Positions 38,453 to 47,990 of a DNA stretch of 64,000 nucleotides are shown here, piece by piece. This DNA comes from Clostridia bacterium. Its GTDB lineage: Bacteria; Bacillota; Clostridia; UMGS1883; UMGS1540. Under the pieces are notes generated by a model. That model was not told the DNA's origin and made no database searches. It saw only the letters and a list, made by a program, of their open reading frames with translations. The translations under genes and the position numbers were made by a program. The number at the start of each line of letters is the position of its first letter. Position 1 is the stretch's first letter. Location: positions 19,186 to 83,185 of the forward strand of contig JAZNQN010000044.1 of assembly GCA_045590195.1 (NCBI GenBank), written 5' to 3'.

Positions 38453-39452
38453 TGTCTGCACCTCCAAGTTCTTTCATAACCTTTACAATATTCATTGAAA
38501 TAGGACACTTTGAAAGGCATCTGCCACAACCAACACATCCGAATATTCCATCGTTATTTTCAGGGAAGTATACAAGTTTGTGCATAAATCTCTGACGGAA
38601 ACGTTCTTTCTGAGAATTACGGGAGTTGCCGTGAGCCATTTTAGTAAAATCGGAATACATACACGAATCCCAGCAACGAAAACGTTGAACACCATTTCCT
38701 GTGTTAAAATCTTTAATGTCATAGCACTGACAGGTTGGGCATACAAAAGTACAGGTTCCACAGCCAAGGCAGCTTTCAGAAAGTTCTTCCCATTTTGGGC
38801 TTTCAAAATACTTTTCTGTTTTACCTCCACCAAAAGCATCAGTTTTTAAATTTTTAAGTGGAAGTTTTTCAATGTAAGTGCGAATTTTTGCTTTTTCTTC
38901 ATCTGCGGCTACAGTATCGCACTCCTGGCCAATCCCTTCAAGAAGAGCAGTTCCTTTTTCAGTTTTTGCGTCGATATAAACCACATCATCAACAATTGTG
39001 CATTCAACATCTCCACCGGGTGCAGAAGCATCAATACCAAAAGCAGCACAAAAACAAGTTTCTTCAGGGCGCGAGCAAGCAACAGTTATTATAGTTGCTC
39101 CCTCTCTTCTTTTCTGATAGAATGTGTCAACAGGTTCTGAGAGAAAAACTCTGTCAAGAATTTCAAAGCTTTTAAGATCGCAGGCGCGAACACCAAAAAT
39201 CGCAAAATTACCAATATCTTCACGAATATCGATAACTTCTATATTTTTGCCTTCTGTTTTAAAGTGCATCATATTTTCAACCTGAGGAAAGAAAAAGTCT
39301 TTCGCGCTCCTGGTTGTGTTAAGTTTTTTGGAATATTCTATTCCTTCTTCCCATTTTTTAAATGAAGCACCTTCTTTTCCGTCAGCCGGGAGATAAAGTG
39401 GCATTTTATCGGCAACGGCCTTGAAAAAATCGCAAATGTTAATTTTACGCAT
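38445..39452 (-). CDS. FlxB-like iron-sulfur protein (AsrA/sulfhydrogenase-beta-like)
   Basis: 4Fe-4S motifs (CLGCGTCTFVCPTC and CVGCGRCLSKCP). The start was moved to the ATG at 39452 (MRKINI), which has an AAAGGAG RBS. Confidence 0.6.
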   Translation of the reverse strand: MRKINICDFFKAVADKMPLYLPADGKEGASFKKWEEGIEYSKKLNTTRSAKDFFFPQVENMMHFKTEGKNIEVIDIREDIGNFAIFGVRACDLKSFEILDRVFLSEPVDTFYQKRREGATIITVACSRPEETCFCAAFGIDASAPGGDVECTIVDDVVYIDAKTEKGTALLEGIGQECDTVAADEEKAKIRTYIEKLPLKNLKTDAFGGGKTEKYFESPKWEELSESCLGCGTCTFVCPTCQCYDIKDFNTGNGVQRFRCWDSCMYSDFTKMAHGNSRNSQKERFRQRFMHKLVYFPENNDGIFGCVGCGRCLSKCPISMNIVKVMKELGGADNE

Positions 39453-40437
39453 TTTCGCCATCTCCTTTCTCCACAGCCTCGGAAGGCTCTAAATCTTCTG
39501 TAGTGTAGTTTACAAGCGGAGCACGAAGGCCTACTTCTTCCCCTGCCTGATACTCACCATAGAAAGAGTTTATATCTTTTATAAACTTACGGTTTAAAAG
39601 ATGAAGTGGAATGTTTTGCGGACAAACTCTTGAACATTCGCCGCAATCTGTACATCTTCCGGCAACGTGAAAAGCTCTTATAATGTGAAACATTTTTTCT
39701 TCAAAGCTATCTGCTGCGGCTTTGTTTTCCACGCCTGATTTAGGATTGCCAAATACGCACTGTTCACAAGTACAAGCGGGACAGACATCGCGGCAGGCAT
39801 TACATCTTATACATCTTGAAAGCTCGCCCTGCCAGAAAGCAAATCTTTCATCGGCAGACATTTTTTCAAGGCGCTTAACTTCATCAAAGCGGTTAGAATC
39901 AATAATTTCGCCTTCGTCGCCAATAAGTTCATCGTATGCAACATGCTTGCGGCTTTTGCAAGAGATGCATCTTTCAGCTAAAACATCAGCTTTATTAAAT
40001 ACTTTTTCATCGCCATAAATTGATTTTACCAAAATTTCATCGCCGTTTTCCAAAATTTCAGAAACAGCAGAAATTTCAGCTTTAATTTTTGAAACATCAG
40101 TCATTCCATCGCAGGGAATTCCAACGGCATAAACTTTTTCGCGGTCTATGCGGTGTTCAGTTAAAAGCTGATTAAAACTGTATGTGTCACATGGTTTCAA
40201 GAAAACCAGCACTTTTCCATCTTTCTGGCATTCTTTTACTAGATATTTTGAAAAGTTTGCACCACAAAAAGCATTGTAAACAAAATCTTTTTTAAGAGAT
40301 TCGGCATCTTTAAACACACCGGGGGTTACATCGTATGAAAACTCGCCCTCTTTCCAGCCTAAAACTCTGTCAACCTTTCCGCTTTCAAGGAGGTTTAATG
40401 CTTTATCTATAAGAATATCACGATTTATTGTTTGCAT
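39445..40437 (-). CDS. FlxC-like iron-sulfur protein (FrhB/FdhB-family-like fold plus ferredoxin motifs)
   Basis: FrhB-like VLVFLKPCDTYS and two CxxCxxCxxxCP-type motifs. Confidence 0.55.
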   Translation of the reverse strand: MQTINRDILIDKALNLLESGKVDRVLGWKEGEFSYDVTPGVFKDAESLKKDFVYNAFCGANFSKYLVKECQKDGKVLVFLKPCDTYSFNQLLTEHRIDREKVYAVGIPCDGMTDVSKIKAEISAVSEILENGDEILVKSIYGDEKVFNKADVLAERCISCKSRKHVAYDELIGDEGEIIDSNRFDEVKRLEKMSADERFAFWQGELSRCIRCNACRDVCPACTCEQCVFGNPKSGVENKAAADSFEEKMFHIIRAFHVAGRCTDCGECSRVCPQNIPLHLLNRKFIKDINSFYGEYQAGEEVGLRAPLVNYTTEDLEPSEAVEKGDGENA

Positions 40438-40859
40438 CTTAAATCCTCCAATCTTTTGTTTTCGCCAAGAGCAGCAACTGCTTCGGCAAATTCATTCATT
40501 GTTTGCGCAAATTTTGCGCCTTCAGCCGCAGAAACCCATTCAACACGGGTTCTTTCTTTTTCAATACCGAGAAAATCGAGCATTGAGAAAAGAAGCGACA
40601 TTCTTCTTCTTGTATAGTAGTTACCAGAAGTATAATGGCAGTCGCCAGGGTGGCAACCACAGATTATAACCCCGTCTGCTCCACGCTGAAATGCTCTTAA
40701 AATAAACATTGGGTTTACCCTACAAGAGCATGGAACACGAATTATTTTAACTTCGGCAGGGTAACTGAGTCGGTTATTACCTGCAAGGTCGGCACCGGCA
40801 TAAGAACACCAGTTACAGCAAAATGCCACTATTAAAGGTTTTTTCTCTTCTATTTGCAT
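40425..40859 (-). CDS. MvhD/FlxD-like [2Fe-2S] electron-transfer subunit
   Basis: MvhD signature FCCNWCSYAGADLAG...IRVPCSCRV. Confidence 0.75.
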   Translation of the reverse strand: MQIEEKKPLIVAFCCNWCSYAGADLAGNNRLSYPAEVKIIRVPCSCRVNPMFILRAFQRGADGVIICGCHPGDCHYTSGNYYTRRRMSLLFSMLDFLGIEKERTRVEWVSAAEGAKFAQTMNEFAEAVAALGENKRLEDLRCKQ

Positions 40860-42844
40860 ATTGCATCCACCTCCGCTAAAATTTGTGCATTTTTAAAGCC
40901 TTTTAAATCCATTGCACCTGATGGACAGGCAACTGTACAAGCACCGCAGCCCTGACAAACAGCTTCATTAACCTGAGCTACGCGGCGCATTTTTGTTGTT
41001 CTGTTTGGCATACGGAACTCTTTAACTACATAAGTTATTGCACCATATGGGCAAACTCTTTCGCAACTACTGCATCCGTTACACATCATTTCGTCTGATG
41101 CGGCAATACAAGGATTACCAAGAAGTTTATCTTTGCATAAAAGGCCGATAACCTTTGAAGCCGCCGCTCCCGCCTGGGAAACAGTTTCAGGAATATCTTT
41201 CGGGCCTTGACAAGCACCTGACAAAAATACGCCTGCGGTTGGGCTTTCAACCGGACGAAGCTTTGGATGAGCCTCGGTAAAGAAATCGTTTGTATCCATA
41301 CTTGCAGTGAGCATTGTTGCAAGAGGACGAGCTGATTTATCAGGCTCGATTGCGGCTGCTAAAACAACCAAATCTGCATCAATGTTAATCTGTTTATTTG
41401 AAATTAAATCGCTTGCACGCACTTTAAGCTTATCGCCTTCAGGCATAATTTTGCCAACCATACCTTTAATGTAGTGAACACCAAATTCCTCGGTTGCTCT
41501 TCTGTAAAATTCGTCAAAGTTTTTACCGGGAGTTCTGACATCGATGTAGAATACTGTTACGTCAGTATCCGGATATTTATCACGAGTGAGCATTGCGTGT
41601 TTCGCTGTGTACATACAACAAATTTTAGAACAGTATTCCTTACCTTTTTCATTGCATGCATCGCATCTTGAACCTACGCACTGAACGAAAACGATTTTTT
41701 CAGGATGTTTTCCGTCTGAAGGGCGTAAGAGTTTACCTGCTGTTGGGCCTGCCGCATTGGTAAGACGCTCAAATTCGAGAGAAGTTATAACATCTTTCGA
41801 CTGGTTATAAGCATACTCATCAAATTTTTCCATACTGATAGGATTAAAGCCTGTTGCAACAACAATTGCACCATATTTTTCTTCTATAATTTCATCCTGT
41901 TGCTTATAATTGATAGCTCCTGCTGCACAAACCTTTTCACAAAGGCCGCACTTGCCATTTTTAAGCATATTACAGTAATCAGCATCAATTGTTGCAACCT
42001 TTGGAACTGCCTGAGCAAAAGGAATATAAACCGCTCTTCTCATATCCATTCCAAGGTTAAATTCATTAGGAACTTTCTTTTGAGGACATTTTTCTGTACA
42101 AAGGCCGCAACCTGTACATTTAGTTTCGTCAACAAATCTTGCTTTTTTCTTAATTTTTACATCAAAATTTCCTACAAAACCGGAAACTGCTTCAACTTCG
42201 CTATAGGAAAAAATTCTTATTTTATCGTTCTGTGCAACATCAACCATTTTTGGAGTTAAAATACAAGCCGCACAGTCAAGTGTTGGGAAGGTTTTATCAA
42301 TCTGCGCCATCTTGCCGCCGATTGTAGGATTTTTTTCAACTATATCTACCGGGAAACCTGCATCGGCAATATCAAGAGCTGTTTGAATACCTGCAATACC
42401 GCCACCGATAACCAAAGCACGCTTTGTAACAGGGCTTTCGCCAGGTGTAAGCGGAGCGTTAAGGTTAACCTTTGCAACAGCCGCTTTGCCCAAAATAATT
42501 GCTTTTTCAGTTCCTGTAGGGATATCTTTATGAACCCATGAGCACTGCTCACGAATGTTTGCAATTTCAACCATATAAGGGTTAATCCCTGCACTTTCAG
42601 CGGTTTTTCTGAAAGTATTCTCGTGCATACGGGGTGAACAGGAACAAATAACTATACCGGTAAGATTATGCTCTTTAATAGCATCTTTAATCATTTCCTG
42701 TCCCGCTTGGGAACACATATACTGATAGTTAGTGGAGAAAACAACACCAGGCTCTTTTTTCAAGGCTTCGCTAACTGCTTCAACATCAACAGTTGCCGCA
42801 ATATTGCTTCCGCACCAACATACGAATACACCAATTCTTTGCAT
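40850..42844 (-). CDS. hdrA: Heterodisulfide reductase subunit A-like flavoprotein
   Basis: It has an HdrA N-terminal Cys motif (GVFVCWCGSNIA), FAD binding (ALVIGGGIAGIQTALDIA), inserted ferredoxin motifs and a C-terminal 2x[4Fe-4S]. Confidence 0.8.
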   Translation of the reverse strand: MQRIGVFVCWCGSNIAATVDVEAVSEALKKEPGVVFSTNYQYMCSQAGQEMIKDAIKEHNLTGIVICSCSPRMHENTFRKTAESAGINPYMVEIANIREQCSWVHKDIPTGTEKAIILGKAAVAKVNLNAPLTPGESPVTKRALVIGGGIAGIQTALDIADAGFPVDIVEKNPTIGGKMAQIDKTFPTLDCAACILTPKMVDVAQNDKIRIFSYSEVEAVSGFVGNFDVKIKKKARFVDETKCTGCGLCTEKCPQKKVPNEFNLGMDMRRAVYIPFAQAVPKVATIDADYCNMLKNGKCGLCEKVCAAGAINYKQQDEIIEEKYGAIVVATGFNPISMEKFDEYAYNQSKDVITSLEFERLTNAAGPTAGKLLRPSDGKHPEKIVFVQCVGSRCDACNEKGKEYCSKICCMYTAKHAMLTRDKYPDTDVTVFYIDVRTPGKNFDEFYRRATEEFGVHYIKGMVGKIMPEGDKLKVRASDLISNKQINIDADLVVLAAAIEPDKSARPLATMLTASMDTNDFFTEAHPKLRPVESPTAGVFLSGACQGPKDIPETVSQAGAAASKVIGLLCKDKLLGNPCIAASDEMMCNGCSSCERVCPYGAITYVVKEFRMPNRTTKMRRVAQVNEAVCQGCGACTVACPSGAMDLKGFKNAQILAEVDAICK

Positions 42845-42858
42845 TTGCTTTCTCCTTT

Positions 42859-43251
42859 CTATTTACTATATTTTCTCATTGCACTTACAATTGCCTGTTG
42901 TGGCAACTGTTCATCTAAAAGTGAAGGTATTGCATCAGCTTTAAGATGATTTTCGCCCTGCTGACGTACTTTTAAAAGCCTTACTGCTTCAATAAGTTTT
43001 GCCGGCTCTACGCCTCTGGGACAACGCTCAACACAGGCAAAACAAGAAAGACATTTGAAAATTGAAGGCGACTCCATAAGTTTATCAACATCACCGTTTT
43101 CAACCATATAAACAAACTGATGAGGATGATATTCCATTTCATCATAAGAAGGACATGTACCTGTGCATTTGCCGCATTTCATACATTTTTTAGGATTAAC
43201 ACCGCTGATGCGCAAAATTTCGTTTGAAAGCTCTGTTTTATTCATTTGCAC
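42859..43251 (-). CDS. hdrC: Heterodisulfide reductase subunit C-like protein (2x[4Fe-4S])
   Basis: CMKCGKCTGTCP and CLSCFACVERCP. Confidence 0.7.
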   Translation of the reverse strand: MQMNKTELSNEILRISGVNPKKCMKCGKCTGTCPSYDEMEYHPHQFVYMVENGDVDKLMESPSIFKCLSCFACVERCPRGVEPAKLIEAVRLLKVRQQGENHLKADAIPSLLDEQLPQQAIVSAMRKYSK

Positions 43252-44032
43252 AGCCCTCCTTTACGCCAAGCGCCTGTGCTAAAAGCTCGGTAAAATATTT
43301 AATTTCTATACCGTCGGCGTGTTTTTCAAGATTATATTTGCAAAGTGGGCAAGCTGTTACTATCATATCTGCACCCATTTTTTTGGCACTTTCCAAAATA
43401 GCAATACTCTTCTTCTTTGCACTTTCACTATCTTCAAGAGCTATATATCCGCCGCAGCATTCGTTTCTGTATGGCGAAACTATTGCTTCCGCACCCATAG
43501 CTTTTACAAGATTTTCAAGAATCTGCGGATTTTCGCTGTCGTCCATCTGCATAACTTTACCAGGACGAAGCAAAAGACAACCATAATATGGAGCAATTTT
43601 TTTACCCTCAAGAGGATTTGTAACTTTTTTGGCAATTTCTTCAAAGCCAATTTCATCTCTCAAAAGCTCAAGATAATGAATAACCTCTGCATCTCCCTCA
43701 TAAGGCGTATCAAGATTCATATAGTTATTTGCTTTAAAAGCAAAATCGCTATCGTTATTAAACTGATAATTTGTTTGTTTTATTACATTATGGCAGGCAG
43801 CACAAACTGTTACAAGCTTCTGACCTTTTTCTTTTGCCTCTACAAGGGCACGAATTGAGGAAAGCTTTGTTGCAATTTCATCCTTCGAAGTTGTAAAAAC
43901 TCCGCCGCAGCACTGCCAGTTATTTATTTCTTCCAGATTAACCCCTAATGCCGCCGCACTTTCTCTTGCGTATTTATCAAGTTCTTTTGCTTTGGTTTTA
44001 AGAGTACAACCGGGATAATATGAAAAATTCAT
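43238..44032 (-). CDS. hdrB: Heterodisulfide reductase subunit B-like protein with two CCG domains
   Basis: The CCG motifs are WQCCGGVF and NECCGGY, and it starts YYPGC. The start was moved to the ATG at 44032 (MNFSYYPGC), which has an AAGGGAG RBS. Confidence 0.8.
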   Translation of the reverse strand: MNFSYYPGCTLKTKAKELDKYARESAAALGVNLEEINNWQCCGGVFTTSKDEIATKLSSIRALVEAKEKGQKLVTVCAACHNVIKQTNYQFNNDSDFAFKANNYMNLDTPYEGDAEVIHYLELLRDEIGFEEIAKKVTNPLEGKKIAPYYGCLLLRPGKVMQMDDSENPQILENLVKAMGAEAIVSPYRNECCGGYIALEDSESAKKKSIAILESAKKMGADMIVTACPLCKYNLEKHADGIEIKYFTELLAQALGVKEGCANE

Positions 44033-44054
44033 ACCTAAACTCCCTTCTGCAAAA

Positions 44055-45431
44055 TTATACCATCTGTTCAGGATGGAACACTTCGTCAAATTTTTCTTCG
44101 GTTAAAAAGCCAAGCTCGATACAAGCCTCTTTAAGAGAAATATTGTCTTTATAAGCTTTTTTAGCTGTTTTAGCCGCATTTTCATAACCGATATAAGGGT
44201 TAAGCGCAGTAACAAGCATAAGTGAATTATGAAGATTATGATGCATTTTTTCGCGGTTTGCCTTAATGCCTACTGCACAGTTTTTGTTAAATGAAACAAT
44301 GGCTTCTGCCATAAGACGTGCCGACTGCAAAAAGTTATATATGCATACAGGCATAAATACATTAAGTTCAAAGTTACCCTGTGAAGCTGCCATAGAAACA
44401 GCAACATCATTACCCATTACCTGAACGGCAACCATTGTTACCGCTTCACACTGAGTTGGGTTAACTTTACCCGGCATAATTGATGAGCCCGGTTCATTTT
44501 CAGGGATGAAAATTTCTCCAAGGCCATCACGAGGACCGCTTGCAAGCCAACGGATATCGTTTGCTATTTTCATCATATCGCAGGCAAGGGCTTTAATTGC
44601 ACCATGTGCAAAAACAAGCTCGTCTTTTGAAGTTAATGCGTGAAATTTATTCTCAGCAGTTACAAATGGTTTTCCTGTTATTTTCGAAACCTCTGCCGCA
44701 ACGCCTTCTGAAAAACCTTTTGGAGCATTAAGTCCTGTTCCAACTGCAGTTCCGCCAAGTGCAAGTTCACAAAGCGGCTTTACGCTTTGCTTCAAAAGCT
44801 CTACATCTTTCTGGAGGCTTGATCTCCAGCCGCTGATTTCCTGGCTGAATTTTATTGGAGTTGCATCCTGAAGATGTGTTCTTCCGCTTTTTACTATATC
44901 TTCGTTTTCTTTTTCAAGGCGTGAAAAAGTATCGATAAGAGTTTGGACAGCAGGAATAAGTTTATCTTCTATCATCAAAACTGCGGAAATATGCATAGCT
45001 GTAGGGAAAGTATCGTTTGACGACTGGCTCATATTAACATCATCATTAGGATGAAGAATACTTTTGCCCGCAATCTGATTTCCACGGTTTGCAATTACTT
45101 CGTTTGCATTCATATTCGACTGAGTGCCGGAGCCCGTTTGCCATACAACAAGAGGAAAATGGCTATTAAGCTTGCCGCTTATAACCTCATCGCAAGCACT
45201 GGAAATTGCCGAAAGTTTTTCTTCAGTCATTTTTTCGGGTTTCAAAGCGTGATTTGCGATTGCTGCAGCTTTTTTCAAAATGCCGAATGCATGTGTAATT
45301 TCACGTGGCATTGTTTCAATATTTACACCGATTTCAAAATTTTCGTGACTTCTCTGGGTTTGAGCCGCCCACAACCTGTCGGCAGGAACTTTAACCTCTC
45401 CCATCGAGTCGTGTTCAATACGATAATCCAT
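44055..45431 (-). CDS. fumC: Class II fumarate hydratase
   Basis: [16 protein letters not shown] (the FumC-type SS-loop) and full-length similarity. Confidence 0.85.
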   Translation of the reverse strand: MDYRIEHDSMGEVKVPADRLWAAQTQRSHENFEIGVNIETMPREITHAFGILKKAAAIANHALKPEKMTEEKLSAISSACDEVISGKLNSHFPLVVWQTGSGTQSNMNANEVIANRGNQIAGKSILHPNDDVNMSQSSNDTFPTAMHISAVLMIEDKLIPAVQTLIDTFSRLEKENEDIVKSGRTHLQDATPIKFSQEISGWRSSLQKDVELLKQSVKPLCELALGGTAVGTGLNAPKGFSEGVAAEVSKITGKPFVTAENKFHALTSKDELVFAHGAIKALACDMMKIANDIRWLASGPRDGLGEIFIPENEPGSSIMPGKVNPTQCEAVTMVAVQVMGNDVAVSMAASQGNFELNVFMPVCIYNFLQSARLMAEAIVSFNKNCAVGIKANREKMHHNLHNSLMLVTALNPYIGYENAAKTAKKAYKDNISLKEACIELGFLTEEKFDEVFHPEQMV

Positions 45432-45449
45432 AACTACTCCTCTTTTCTT

Positions 45450-46406
45450 TTATATATCCATTTGTTTTATAAGTGATTTCAAAGTATCTGCGCTATGGTG
45501 AAGTGCGCGAACCTCTTCATCATTAAGAGGCAAAAGCATTTTTCCACAAGCGCCCTTGTTGTCAACAACATTGAGAAGGCTCAAAGAAACATCATCTATT
45601 CCATATTCGCCGTGAAGCATTGTTGAAACAGTCATAGTAGTATTTATACCGCCGAGAATACATTTACAAATGTGGCAAACAGATACTGAAACAGCGTAGA
45701 ATGTTGCACCTTTTCTTTCAATAACTCTTCCGCCTGATTTGCGAACATAATCCTCAACTTCATCAAAGTCTATACTTGGCAGCTTAAAGCCTTTCTGAGA
45801 AAAATCGCCTACTACCGAAGACTGACCTTCCTGAATAGGAATGTTAGATACATTTGCAATTGACCACGGAACAAAAGAAGAATCACCATGTTCACCAAGA
45901 ACATAGGCGTGAACATTTTTCTGGTTGATTGAGTAATACTCCGAAAGCCTTGCACGAAGGCGGGCGGTATCAAGAATAGTTCCCGAACCTATAATCTGAT
46001 TTTCAGGAAGCCCTGAACATTTAAAGAATGTGTAAGTTAAAATGTCAACAGGATTGCTCACTATAAGGTAAACTGCATTTGGTGCATAGCGAACAATTTC
46101 AGGAATAATCTGTTTAGTAATATTAACATTTGTCTGAGCAAGGTCAAGCCTTGACTGACCTGGCTTTCTTGCAATACCTGAAGTTACTATTACTATATTT
46201 GAGCCTACTGCATCCTGATATGAACCTGCGTAAACTGTTGCTGATGAGCAAAACGGTGTTCCCTGGCGAATGTCAAGTGCTTCGCCAAGTGCTTTTTCCT
46301 GATTAATATCAATAAGCACAATTTCAGATGCCAGCCCCATAACAGTTAAAGTATACGCAATTGTTGAGCCAACACTACCTGTTCCTATTATTGTAATTTT
46401 GTTCAT
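45450..46406 (-). CDS. mdh: LDH-type malate dehydrogenase. The substrate-specificity residue is Arg.
   Basis: It has a Rossmann N-terminus (IIGTGSVGST) and an IARKPGQSRLDL loop with Arg at the LDH Gln102-equivalent position. The fumC context supports the call. Confidence 0.7.
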   Translation of the reverse strand: MNKITIIGTGSVGSTIAYTLTVMGLASEIVLIDINQEKALGEALDIRQGTPFCSSATVYAGSYQDAVGSNIVIVTSGIARKPGQSRLDLAQTNVNITKQIIPEIVRYAPNAVYLIVSNPVDILTYTFFKCSGLPENQIIGSGTILDTARLRARLSEYYSINQKNVHAYVLGEHGDSSFVPWSIANVSNIPIQEGQSSVVGDFSQKGFKLPSIDFDEVEDYVRKSGGRVIERKGATFYAVSVSVCHICKCILGGINTTMTVSTMLHGEYGIDDVSLSLLNVVDNKGACGKMLLPLNDEEVRALHHSADTLKSLIKQMDI

Positions 46407-46482
46407 GGTATTCTTCCTTTCGTGTATGAAATATCGTTACAACCTCAATTGTAGCACACATTTAAATTAAAATCAATAGAAA

Positions 46483-46500
46483 TTGATAATTTTTTAACAA
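46483..46500. promoter_or_regulatory. Candidate Rex (redox-sensing repressor) operator, TTGATAA-N4-TTAACAA
   Basis: 17 of 18 positions match the Clostridial Rex consensus TTGTTAA-N4-TTAACAA. It lies 77-94 nt upstream of the mdh start. Confidence 0.4.
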
Positions 46501-46518
46501 TCTTTTTTAAAAAGCTAA

Positions 46519-46542
46519 CTCTATATTTAAATATAGAGTTTT
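46519..46542 (-). terminator. Palindrome/terminator downstream of the 480-aa hydrogenase-like gene
   Basis: Perfect inverted repeat AACTCTATATTT/AAATATAGAGTT. On the minus strand it is followed by GTTAGCTTTTT. Confidence 0.45.
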
Positions 46543-46546
46543 AGCA

Positions 46547-47989
46547 TTATATTATACTGTTTGCATCACTCACGGCGTTATATATAGTTTTGTCTGCGGC
46601 CTTTTTTCCGAAGTTATCTATCATATTTTTATCGCGCGATGTGTGAGTAAGGCACCCTGCCCCACCAATACAACCACCAACACAAGCCATACCTTCTATA
46701 AAGTTTGCATCGAGCATCCCTTTGCTTTTCTTCAGAAGGTTTATTTTACACTCTTCAATTCCGTCGCACGAAATTGCATTAAGTGTAAAGTCGGTTACTC
46801 CTTTTTCTTTAAGCCCCTGTGCAACTGCATCGGCAAGGCCACCACAACGGGCAAAAATTCTTCCGAAATACGATGCGCCGTCAAGTTCGCTTTCTTCAAG
46901 AGAAGTAATATCTATATCGCGGCTGTCAAAAAGCGCCTGAAGCTCTTCAAAAGTTAAAACAGTATCAACATATTTTGAAACTTCTGCTTTCTGTGCCTCA
47001 GCTTTTTTTGCAGTACATGGACCGATAAAAATAACTTTTGCACTTTCATCGTGTTCTTTAATGTATTTTGCAATAGTTGCCATTGGCGAAAGATTATGTG
47101 AAATATTTTCAGAAAGGTTATCAAAATTTTGCTCAATATATTTTACAAACGCAGGGCAACAAGAGCTTGTTAAAAATCTTTTTTCTGCAAGCTCCTCTGC
47201 TTCGGATGCTGCAACCATATCAGCGCCAAGTGCAGCCTCAACAACATTGAAAAATCCGAGTTCTTTAATACCTGTCACAACCTGACCAAGCCTTGCATAG
47301 TTAAACTGACTTGAAATTGTAGGTGCAACAACGGCATAAATATTATACTTTGTATTATTTTCGCTACCTTTTAAAAGGTCGATTGCATCGAGAATAAATG
47401 ATTTATCTGTAATTGCGCCAAATGGGCACTGATATACACAGGCTCCACACGCAATACATTTATCATCAAGAATTTTTGCCGACATATCTACATTCGTTTC
47501 AATTGCATCCACCTTGCAAGCGCTTTGGCACGGACGACGGTAGTTTGCAATTGCGTTGAACGGACAAACTTTTGCGCAGGCACCACAGTTTTTACACTTG
47601 GTTTTATCAATGTGCGCTTTTGGGTTTTCATCAAAAGTTATGGCACCAAATTTGCAAACATCTTCACATCTGTGTGCCAGGCATCCGCGGCATGAATGAG
47701 TTACCTCGTATCCGCCCATAGGACATTCATCGCAGGCAATACTGATAACTTCAATTACATTTTTATTCCTTTTGTTACCACCCATCGCCATTTTAACTCT
47801 TTTTGCAAGAATGGCTCTTTCTTTATAAACGCAGCAACGCATAGTTGCCTCTTTCCCGGGCACAAGTATTTCCGGGATGTCGGATATATTTTCCATAAGA
47901 GTACCTGCCCAGTACAGACGGGCAACTTCTCTTAATACTTTATATTTCAGGTGTTGAACTTTAGTATCAAACTTTCTCATAATATTCAC
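46547..47989 (-). CDS. [FeFe]-hydrogenase-like protein (480 aa) with N-terminal ferredoxin-like clusters and variant H-cluster motifs
   Basis: L1 is TSSCCPAF, L2 is IGPCTAKKAE and L3 is EGMACVGGCIGGAGC. Two 4Fe-4S ferredoxin motifs lie upstream. Confidence 0.7.
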   Translation of the reverse strand: MNIMRKFDTKVQHLKYKVLREVARLYWAGTLMENISDIPEILVPGKEATMRCCVYKERAILAKRVKMAMGGNKRNKNVIEVISIACDECPMGGYEVTHSCRGCLAHRCEDVCKFGAITFDENPKAHIDKTKCKNCGACAKVCPFNAIANYRRPCQSACKVDAIETNVDMSAKILDDKCIACGACVYQCPFGAITDKSFILDAIDLLKGSENNTKYNIYAVVAPTISSQFNYARLGQVVTGIKELGFFNVVEAALGADMVAASEAEELAEKRFLTSSCCPAFVKYIEQNFDNLSENISHNLSPMATIAKYIKEHDESAKVIFIGPCTAKKAEAQKAEVSKYVDTVLTFEELQALFDSRDIDITSLEESELDGASYFGRIFARCGGLADAVAQGLKEKGVTDFTLNAISCDGIEECKINLLKKSKGMLDANFIEGMACVGGCIGGAGCLTHTSRDKNMIDNFGKKAADKTIYNAVSDANSII

Positions 47990-47990
47990 C

